Source: an uncultured delta proteobacterium (lineage in GTDB: Bacteria > Myxococcota > Myxococcia > Myxococcales > 40CM-4-68-19). Taken from it: a stretch of DNA of 64,000 nt. The stretch's first letter is position 1. Each line of letters opens with the position of its first letter. Of this stretch, positions 57,021 through 64,000 are shown in pieces. Location of the stretch: assembly GCA_903911145.1 (NCBI GenBank), contig CAIWCD010000014.1, positions 124,001-188,000 on the forward strand, in the 5' to 3' direction. The position numbers and the translations under genes were made by a program. A model generated the notes under the pieces. It did not search any database, was not told the origin of the DNA, and saw only the letters and a list, made by a program, of their open reading frames with translations.

Positions 57021-59471
57021 CTAGAACACCTGCAACGGCGGCTTATTCGCGTAGGCGAATTCGGTGATCGCGACACCCGTGTGCTCGACCGCGGGCTGCC
57101 CCGGCCTCTCGACGCGCACGGTGACCTTGTTCTCGTAGGTGTAGGCCATCGGCGCGGCCACGGCAGAGAGCAGGAAGCGGGAGAGCGGTCCCATCTCGGC
57201 GAGCACGTCCTCCTTGTAGAGCAACCGCTTCGCCTCGAGAGTGACGGTGACGGTCTCGCCCTTGGCTCCCTTGGCGAGCGCCGTCAGCTTCTGCGGCACG
57301 TCGTATTCGAAATGGCCACCCGACTCATGGTGCGGCTTTTCGAAGACCAGCGTCACGTCGCTCGAGCGCACTTCCATCTGCGCGCCGCGTGTCGAGTAGA
57401 GCCAGCCCTGGGGCGCGAGCGGCGAGCCTGCAGGGGGATAGAGAATCGCCAGCGCCGTGGACATCTCCTCGCCCGGCTTGGCCGCGCTGCCGTGCAGCTT
57501 GGCAGCTCCGATGAGTCCATCCTGCGCAGGAGCGTCGTGCTGCTGCTCATCGAACGCCGCCATGCGGATCGTCAGCGAGGCCGACTTGTATCCAGGCACG
57601 GTGCTGAAGCTGGTGTCCGCGTAGCAGTAGCCGCGGGTCTTGCGCGAGCCGCGATCGGCGCTCCAGACGGTGCCCTCGAACTTGCTGCGCAGCGCGAAGA
57701 TGGTCTGGTCGTAGAGCGCGCGTCCGCTCTCGTCAAAGCTGATCTGCCCGCCGCCGGGCCGCAGCGCCTGCGTCTCGGGGAACACCGTCGCGTCGATCAC
57801 CAGCTTGCGTCCGCCAAAGTGCACGTGCTGGCTTGCGTCGGCGCCGATGGTCAGCTGGTGCCCGCCCATCTCGATCGCGCCCGTGGGCCGCACCCGCCAA
57901 TCGTCCGGCTCGAATGTGTCCGCGTCTTCCGTCGTCGTGCCGTCCGGACTCACCACGACCGCGCGCACGGCGGCTTTGCCGCTCCCCGCGAGGCCTGCGT
58001 TCGAGACGAGAAACTGCACGCGCGAGAACGATCCATCTTCCGACGCGAAGAGGAAGCTGTAGCTCTCCGAGTAGAACGCCTCGGAGCGCAGCTTGGGGAG
58101 GAACCGCTCCTTGGTCATCTTGACGGTGTCATCGAGCGCGCTCGAGAAGCCGTGCACGCCCCGCTCATCCGCGAAGGGCGAGCCATAGGCCATCGAGAGA
58201 ACCGCCCACGCTGCAAGCCCCGACGCGACCGCGCCGAGCAAGGACAGCGCGGGGCGGCGCCGCTTGCTCTCGCCGCGAAAGACGAACCAGCGATGCAGCG
58301 GAAGATTCCACGCCAGCGAAACCACGATGCCGACCAGCACGCGCGCGAGATTGGGATTCCACTTGTATCCGTCGACCAGCATCATCACGCCGGACGTGTT
58401 GAAGAGCAGGCTCGTCAGCGAGATGGCCGCGTAGCGAGGAGCCTCGTTCCAGATCGGCGTCTTGTGGGTGCGGAAGGTCCAGTAGCGATTGATGGTGAAG
58501 TTGGTGACCGCGCCGCAGAGACAGCCGATCGCGACGGCGGTGCCAGCGCGGAGCCCGATCATCGGCGTCATCAGAATCGGGAAGGAGCCGTAATCGACCA
58601 ACGAGGCGGCGCCAGAAGCAACCCACGCACGCCCGAACCATCCCGCCATCTCGGGGCGCGTCACATCCGGAGACGGCGCGGGAGGAGGCGGCAGCTGCGC
58701 GAGATCGCGTTCGCGCAGCTCGCGGTAGATGAAGCGGAAGCGGCGGATGGCCGTGATGTTCGCCATCAGCGCGACGAGGCCGAGCACCACCAGCAGTGCG
58801 GGGAACACAGGACGCGTCGCTTCCGGCTCGAGCCAGCGCGAGATGTCCGGCGCCGCAAGACCGGCGAGGCCCACGTAGAGCGCGCGCTCGCCGCGGTTCA
58901 TCGAGCCCATGCGCGCGTCGATGCCGCTGATCTCTCCCTTGGCGCGCGCGTAGGAGACGAGCAGGGCGCCGCCGAGAGACGAGAGCGCGAGCCAGAAGCC
59001 GAGCGGAAACGATCGGTAGTAGGCCGCGATGCCTGCAAACGTCGCGATCTCGGCGTAGCGATCAACCGCCGCGTCGATCAGCTCGCCCGCGTCTGATGCG
59101 GTCCCGCGCGCACGGGCGACCATTCCGTCGAGCGCGTCGAGGATCGCGCACGCGAGCACGAGACCTCCGCCCAGCGCCGGCTTGCCCAGCGCGAAGGCCA
59201 TCGCGCCGCCGAGCGCCGCCGCCATCGAGGCGCCAGTCAGCTGGTTGGGCGTCATGTGCAGCGCGTGCGCGGCCCGCTCGAGCCGCGTGAACATCCAATA
59301 GCCAAACTCGATGAGGAACCGGCCGAGGAAGACGCTGCCCGGCTCCTTCTTGGCGCGGTCGTGCTGAAATCGCCCATAGAGGGCGACGCGCACGGCATAG
59401 GAGCCGAGCAGCAGGACCACCAGCGCAAGCAGGCCGAGAAGAATCAGGGAAACCCTCGAAGATGCGGACAG
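57021..59471 (-). CDS. Fusion protein: CDP-alcohol phosphotransferase + GtrA-like flippase + Svf1/lipocalin-like soluble domain
   Basis: TPNQLT, DALDGMVAR..GELIDAAVDR; GtrA NFTINRYWTF and WNLPLHRWFVF; after a TM helix a beta-rich domain starting YSESYSFLF..GSFSRVQFLVSNAG. Start uncertain (frame open to 59480). Confidence 0.8.
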   Translation of the reverse strand: MSASSRVSLILLGLLALVVLLLGSYAVRVALYGRFQHDRAKKEPGSVFLGRFLIEFGYWMFTRLERAAHALHMTPNQLTGASMAAALGGAMAFALGKPALGGGLVLACAILDALDGMVARARGTASDAGELIDAAVDRYAEIATFAGIAAYYRSFPLGFWLALSSLGGALLVSYARAKGEISGIDARMGSMNRGERALYVGLAGLAAPDISRWLEPEATRPVFPALLVVLGLVALMANITAIRRFRFIYRELRERDLAQLPPPPAPSPDVTRPEMAGWFGRAWVASGAASLVDYGSFPILMTPMIGLRAGTAVAIGCLCGAVTNFTINRYWTFRTHKTPIWNEAPRYAAISLTSLLFNTSGVMMLVDGYKWNPNLARVLVGIVVSLAWNLPLHRWFVFRGESKRRRPALSLLGAVASGLAAWAVLSMAYGSPFADERGVHGFSSALDDTVKMTKERFLPKLRSEAFYSESYSFLFASEDGSFSRVQFLVSNAGLAGSGKAAVRAVVVSPDGTTTEDADTFEPDDWRVRPTGAIEMGGHQLTIGADASQHVHFGGRKLVIDATVFPETQALRPGGGQISFDESGRALYDQTIFALRSKFEGTVWSADRGSRKTRGYCYADTSFSTVPGYKSASLTIRMAAFDEQQHDAPAQDGLIGAAKLHGSAAKPGEEMSTALAILYPPAGSPLAPQGWLYSTRGAQMEVRSSDVTLVFEKPHHESGGHFEYDVPQKLTALAKGAKGETVTVTLEAKRLLYKEDVLAEMGPLSRFLLSAVAAPMAYTYENKVTVRVERPGQPAVEHTGVAITEFAYANKPPLQVF

Positions 59472-59712
59472 CGCGCGACATCAACAACGGAGCGCTGTCC
59501 CTCGGTGAATTGGCGGTCCAGTAACCGAACTGTGACGATTTCGCAAGGCGTCGGGCCTCGGTCAAATCGCGCGCGGATCGGCAACGGGATCGCCATGTTG
59601 ACTCGGGATGCGCCCCGATGTGACCGGTGTCGGAAATCCGAGCGAGATTCTTTCTCTCCCGCGGCCGACGAATGTGGCGCTCGGGCCGCTGCGCAAACTC
59701 GCTTCCATCGCG

Positions 59713-60594
59713 CTACGGCGCGCGGCGAGGTGCTCCCGTTGCAGGTGGGCTCGTGCCAGTCGGTCGGCTCGGCGGCGGCGCAGCTGGCGGTGCCGGTGGG
59801 GCATGGGCCGGTGGCCTCGGCAGCACCGCGAGCATCAGAGGCAGCGGCGTGCCCGGCGTCGCGACACTCTCCTCGATCTGCTCCCCGCGCAGAACCATCG
59901 TCGCCTCCGGTCCTCCGTCGAGATTGAGCGCCTCGACCGCGCCCATCTGCTCAGCGAGGAAGCGGGCCACGTCGCGTCGTACCGCCGGCCACTGCGTCGC
60001 GAAGAAGAGCAGCCGCCCATCGCGCAGGACGGCCACGGCCGCGGTCCGGCTCGATTCGGCGCAGTAGCCCGCGCTCAGGCAGCCCGGGACGCCGCCGCGG
60101 ACGAGCGAGGGAAAGCTCTTGAGCGCCTCGCTCCAATCGCTGGCGAGAAATTCGTCCGGCGTGAGGATGCGGGCCGCAGGTCCGGCCGCACTGCTCGCCT
60201 GCGCACCGAGGTAGAGCGCGTCGCGCACGTGGCAACCCGCGCCATGCACCAGCTTGCCGCTCGAGATCAAGTCGCAGGTCGGCCGCACCGTGTGCTCGAG
60301 CGAATAGTACGAGCCGTTGACGAGCAGGAGCGCGGCTGGATTGCGCGCGCGCCACTCGGCGATGCGCGGCGTCTGCGGATCGAACTGCACCGAGAGTTGG
60401 ACCTGCGCGGGGTCGACGAGCGACAGCCGCGCCCCCCATCGCGCGTCGGCTCCGAGCTCATCTCCGCGCGCCGCCTGCACTCCCGGCGCTATCTCACGCC
60501 ACGGCGAAGCGCGGACGTCCTCGCCTGCATCGGCGCGCAGAGCGGCCGCGATCAGCAGCAGTCCAAGGGCAACGGGGGTGACAAAAGCGCGCAT
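59713..60594 (-). CDS. Secreted phosphodiester glycosidase (NAGPA/DUF2233 family)
   Basis: Signal peptide, LVNGSYY, SRTAAVAV, ALNLDGG; Pro-rich tail. Confidence 0.78.
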   Translation of the reverse strand: MRAFVTPVALGLLLIAAALRADAGEDVRASPWREIAPGVQAARGDELGADARWGARLSLVDPAQVQLSVQFDPQTPRIAEWRARNPAALLLVNGSYYSLEHTVRPTCDLISSGKLVHGAGCHVRDALYLGAQASSAAGPAARILTPDEFLASDWSEALKSFPSLVRGGVPGCLSAGYCAESSRTAAVAVLRDGRLLFFATQWPAVRRDVARFLAEQMGAVEALNLDGGPEATMVLRGEQIEESVATPGTPLPLMLAVLPRPPAHAPPAPPAAPPPSRPTGTSPPATGAPRRAP

Positions 60595-60671
60595 CGATGC
60601 GATAAAATCCTTGGCAGTTGTCAAGGCCAAAAAGGTGACAGGCTTTCCCGCCATGTTACCAAACTGAGACG

Positions 60672-61627
60672 ATGACGATATTCGCAAAAGCCGATTTCGC
60701 GAACTCCGACGCGCTTCGGGCTGCAGCCGAGCGCGCGATCGCGGAAAACAGGCTGCCCTCTCCCGCGTTGCCGCACGCGGTGCAGAAGCTGATCGAACTG
60801 ACCGCCGCCCGATGGCCTCGTTCGACGAGGCGGTGACGGTGCTCGCCGGAGCGCCTCTGCTCGCCGGACGAATTGCGCGCCGCGTGCGCATGGGCATCGT
60901 CGGCCAGGGAACGTCTCCTGGCGCGGTGGCGGGGGATCCGCCGAAGCCACAGACAGGGCCGTCGAAGAAACCGGATGCGCGGGAGCTCAAGCAGATCGCG
61001 CTTCGGCTCGGACTCATCGGGCTGCGCGACCTCGCCTATGAGCTCTCTGCTGGTGCGCTCATCTTTCACGCACCGGGCGCTCGGGACTCGATGCGCGTGC
61101 TGCGCCGTCACAGCCTGGTGGTCGCGCATCTCTCTCGCATCATCTGCAAACACATCTCGATCGACGTCGACGAACCGTTCATGGCTGGCCTGCTCCACGA
61201 CGCCGGCTGGGGACTGACGCTGCGCGAGGTCTGCCGCTCGGAAGAGCCGCCGGCGAATCTCATCCCGCTCATTTCCGCGATGGACGCCGTCCACGTCGCC
61301 GCCACGCGGAGGCTCGCCAAGGATTGGCTCCTCTCGGCGGACGCGCAGAGCGCACTCGAAAATCATCACGAGCCCGATCTGGCGAAGGCGCCTCCCGTCG
61401 CGGCGGTCGTCGCGCTCGCGCAGGACCTGTCGATCCCCTGGATTCGCGGCCTCGACAAGAGCCAGTTGAGCGCCAACGCGCAGATGCTCGCCACCTGGAC
61501 GTGCGACGCGATTCCCGTCGGCCAGCGCGAATCGGCCCGCCAACGGCTGCGCATTGACACCGAGGCGTGGCGACGTATTTCGCTCGCCGCGACCACGCTC
61601 GACCCGCGCCGCCTCATGGGCTCGTAG
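60672..61627 (+). pseudogene. HDOD-domain protein with an apparent 1-nt frameshift near 60801-60811 (pseudogene or sequencing error)
   Basis: ATG 60672 frame gives RLPSPALPHAVQKLIELT (HDOD start); the second frame continues PMASFDE..PLLAGRI..HSL..FMAGLLHDAG..HHEP. Confidence 0.75.
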
Positions 61628-61687
61628 CGCGCAGATGATCTGTCGGCGCAGATCGTTTGAACACCAATCATTGCTATGCAACAGATC

Positions 61688-61978
61688 TCAACGCCGCGGC
61701 CCTTGTCCGTAGGCGCCGATTGCACGGCGTGAACTTCCGCCCTGCGTGATCGCCACGCGCTGCACCGACTGCATCTCGAGCGCAACTGCCAGGGCGTCGG
61801 CCACCACAGTCCTCACGATCGTGCCCATTGGATCGGGCGGCAGCGGTCCTGCCGAGACGCGCTCGAACATCCGGCAGGCGACGAGCAGTTCGTTGGCGTG
61901 GTTGATCTCGCCACGGCGGAGCGCCGCAGTCACATCGCGAACCTCCGCGACAAAACTCTCGGCCTCCGCCTCGGTCAT
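61688..61978 (-). CDS. Small helical protein downstream of fliS (FliT-like position)
   Basis: 96 aa helical ORF ending ..SRRAIGAYG; assignment from position only. Confidence 0.55.
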   Translation of the reverse strand: MTEAEAESFVAEVRDVTAALRRGEINHANELLVACRMFERVSAGPLPPDPMGTIVRTVVADALAVALEMQSVQRVAITQGGSSRRAIGAYGQGPRR

Positions 61979-61985
61979 CGGCAGC

Positions 61986-62354
61986 TCAGGCCGCGACGCG
62001 CACGGCCTGGGAGAAGGCATCGACGAGAGGCACGAACGCGCGCTCTGCTTCGCGTGCCGGCTTCGAGGTCCGCGTTGTCGACGCCTTGATCAGCCGCGCG
62101 CAGACGAACGTGTAGACAGAGGAGAGATTCGCGCAGAGCTCCGGCGCGACGTTGTGATCGAGCGTGCGCCGCAGGTACGCGACGATGTCCGTCGCCTTGA
62201 CGAGGAGCGCCGCGCCCTCGCGCTTGCGGCCCGCGTCGATCTCGGCCGCGCCGTTGCGGATGTGGCGCAGCGCCGTCTCGAAGAGCATCACCATCAGCCG
62301 CTCTCGAGAGGCCGTCTCGTTCTGAATGGTTCCGTATCGAGCTGCAGGATTCAT
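61986..62354 (-). CDS. fliS: Flagellin export chaperone
   Basis: Y...ETASRERLMVMLFE..KATDIV..L..TLD..NLSSVY. Confidence 0.93.
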   Translation of the reverse strand: MNPAARYGTIQNETASRERLMVMLFETALRHIRNGAAEIDAGRKREGAALLVKATDIVAYLRRTLDHNVAPELCANLSSVYTFVCARLIKASTTRTSKPAREAERAFVPLVDAFSQAVRVAA

Positions 62355-62368
62355 GGTCTCTCCTTCAC

Positions 62369-63787
62369 TTAGCCGTTGGCAGAGTTGCTGGCCGCCGTCG
62401 ATTGAGCGGTCAGGTAATTGTTGTTGGACTTCAGGGTGCTGACGATCGACTCCATGTTGGCGAACTGCTGCACCAGGTTGGCCTGGTAGATCTTGATCTG
62501 CGCCTGCAGGTCATTTTCCTGGCTGGCGATCTGCGTGATCTGATCGTTCATCCCGGTGGTGCGCGCGGAGAGCGCTCCTGTGGAGAGGGACGTGTAGTCG
62601 GTCGTGATCTGCATCGCCAGCTGCGCGATGCTGTCGGAGGAGAGTCCGAACATCGCGTTGACCGCGTTCGGATCCTTGGCCAGCGCGCCCGACAGCACGG
62701 TTGTATCCAGCGAGAGTGTGCCGTCGGTGTAGCTGGTCGTCAGGCCCATCGCCGGCAGCGAGGTGATGTCGGTCGCTTCCGAGATCGTCGACGTGAAGAG
62801 CTTCTGCAGCCGTTGCTGGAGATTCGTCATCGTCGAATCGCCGGCGAGAGACGTCGTCGCATCGGATCCTGCGGTGACGGCGAGCTGCGCCTGCACCAGC
62901 TTCATCACACCGTTGTACGCATTGATGAACGACTGCAGGTTGTTCGCCGTTGTCGTCGTGTCGGCCTGGATGTTCAGCGTCTCGTCTGCCGTGTCCTGCG
63001 CGGTCAGGTTGAGCGTGATGCCGGGAATGACGGTCGTGATCGCATTGGTCTGACTGGTGATCGGCAGCCCATCGACCGTCAGTGAAGCGTTCTTTGCCGT
63101 CGCGATACTTCCGAAAGTCGGAGCGACTCCGGTCGCGCCGACAGCCGGAGTGAACGAGAGCGCGAGCGCGTCACTCGGAATTCCTGTCGGCGGGAATCCC
63201 GTGCTGGTGGCTGTGATCGAGAGGTAGCTGCTGGTGCCGTCGGAGATGACCGCTGCGCTCGCGGGAACACCGGCTGACTTGATCGCGGTCGCAACAGTCA
63301 GAAGCGAGCTGCCGTCGGCAATCGTCACCGAATACGGCTTGCCCTGCACGGTCATGTTGAGCGTGCCACCGGAGAAGGTCTGCGTCGACGTGTAGCCTTG
63401 CGAACGGGACTTGGCCGCGACTGCGAGGTTCCCGACGTTGATGGTGTACGTGCCGGCCTGCGCTCCAACACTTGCTGACGCAGTGAACGCTGTGTTGGCG
63501 CCAGCCGTCAGACCGACTACGCCATTCTGCTGGAGGGCATCGGCCGCAGAGGAGAGGCTTTGCAGCGCCGAGGAGATCGCGCCGATCGCGGAGATCTGCG
63601 TCTGCAGCGCGGTGGTCTGTTTCTGGAGATTGGTGAGCGGCTGCGACTCAATCGAGACCAGCTCGCTGATGATGCTGTTGTCGTTCAGGCCCGACGAGGT
63701 GTTGGAGCTGGCGATGAGTTGAGAGATAGCAGTTGCAGTCGTCGATGCCGTGCTGGTCGTGCTGGTCGTGCTGGATACGGTGGACAC
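62369..63787 (-). CDS. fliD: Flagellar filament cap protein
   Basis: SGL...IISELVSIESQP, GTYTINV.NLA, NA.LTVDG..SQTN...VIPGITLNL, FINAYN, LAGDS, QQFANME; GTG start with AAGGAGG. Confidence 0.93.
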   Translation of the reverse strand: MSTVSSTTSTTSTASTTATAISQLIASSNTSSGLNDNSIISELVSIESQPLTNLQKQTTALQTQISAIGAISSALQSLSSAADALQQNGVVGLTAGANTAFTASASVGAQAGTYTINVGNLAVAAKSRSQGYTSTQTFSGGTLNMTVQGKPYSVTIADGSSLLTVATAIKSAGVPASAAVISDGTSSYLSITATSTGFPPTGIPSDALALSFTPAVGATGVAPTFGSIATAKNASLTVDGLPITSQTNAITTVIPGITLNLTAQDTADETLNIQADTTTTANNLQSFINAYNGVMKLVQAQLAVTAGSDATTSLAGDSTMTNLQQRLQKLFTSTISEATDITSLPAMGLTTSYTDGTLSLDTTVLSGALAKDPNAVNAMFGLSSDSIAQLAMQITTDYTSLSTGALSARTTGMNDQITQIASQENDLQAQIKIYQANLVQQFANMESIVSTLKSNNNYLTAQSTAASNSANG

Positions 63788-63801
63788 GGCACGCCTCCTT
63801 G

Positions 63802-63845
63802 AAAAGGAGCGTCCCGCTCGCGTCAGGCGACGAGCGGGACGGCTC
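63802..63845 (-). terminator. Probable intrinsic terminator after flagellin
   Basis: Perfect 11-bp stem CGTCCCGCTCG (63810-63820) / CGAGCGGGACG (63831-63841) followed on the minus strand by CTCCTTTT. Confidence 0.7.
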
Positions 63846-63868
63846 TCTCTATTCATTCAATCGGCGGA

Positions 63869-64000
63869 CTACTGGAGAAGCTTGAGCGCGATTTGCGGTT
63901 GCTGGTTCGCCTGGGCCAAGACGGACACACCGGCCTGCGACAGCACGTTGAGTCGACTCATGTTGCTCGTCTCCGTCGCGACATCGACGTCTCGGATGCG
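63869..64000 (-). CDS. fliC: Flagellin, C-terminal fragment (partial)
   Basis: [43 protein letters not shown] then TAG; canonical flagellin C-terminus, not in the ORF track. Confidence 0.95.
   Translation of the reverse strand, partial: RIRDVDVATETSNMSRLNVLSQAGVSVLAQANQQPQIALKLLQ

Noticed and set aside
63750..63776. 9-bp tandem repeat at the fliD 5' end
   Set aside because: In-frame Ser/Thr low-complexity N-terminus, unremarkable for FliD
1..64000. tRNA, rRNA, IS/transposase, prophage or defence genes
   Set aside because: No recognisable signatures by eye; nearly all sequence is accounted for by the listed genes, though short RNAs could be missed without covariance searches

Overview
High-GC bacterial chromosomal window, almost certainly from a member of the Myxococcota (AsgB-like regulator next to purH-purD, myxobacterial-style ECF sigma/anti-sigma module, DAG/DGG low-complexity secreted proteins). 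It contains: (1) the downstream part of an aryl-polyene (APE)-type type II PKS/FAS cluster with an MIO ammonia-lyase, a halogenase-like flavoprotein, a TonB-dependent receptor, DUF2062 and a polysaccharide deacetylase (1-18.9 kb); (2) an aldehyde dehydrogenase and an ECF module with a repeated promoter-like motif, followed by a Big-1/invasin-repeat lipoprotein (20-27 kb); (3) a FAAL-methyltransferase/cyclopropane synthase-ACP operon with a divergent desaturase (27-31 kb); (4) rhomboid, DEAD/DEAH helicase, MerR-like regulator, asgB, purH, purD, LptF/G, rmlA/B/D, wzm/wzt, a glycosyltransferase, a polyprenyl-phosphate phosphoribosyltransferase, HEAT protein, DnaJ, rimI and pyrD (31-52 kb); (5) the best candidate for an undescribed system, a lipid operon encoding a CDP-alcohol phosphotransferase-GtrA-Svf1-like triple fusion, a class III aminotransferase, an MMPL transporter and an Aur1-like inositol-phosphorylceramide synthase (52-59.5 kb); (6) a phosphodiester glycosidase, a frameshifted HDOD gene and flagellar fliT-like/fliS/fliD/fliC genes at the right edge. 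No tRNA, rRNA, CRISPR array or transposase was recognised. All calls come from motif recognition by eye; no database searches were run.
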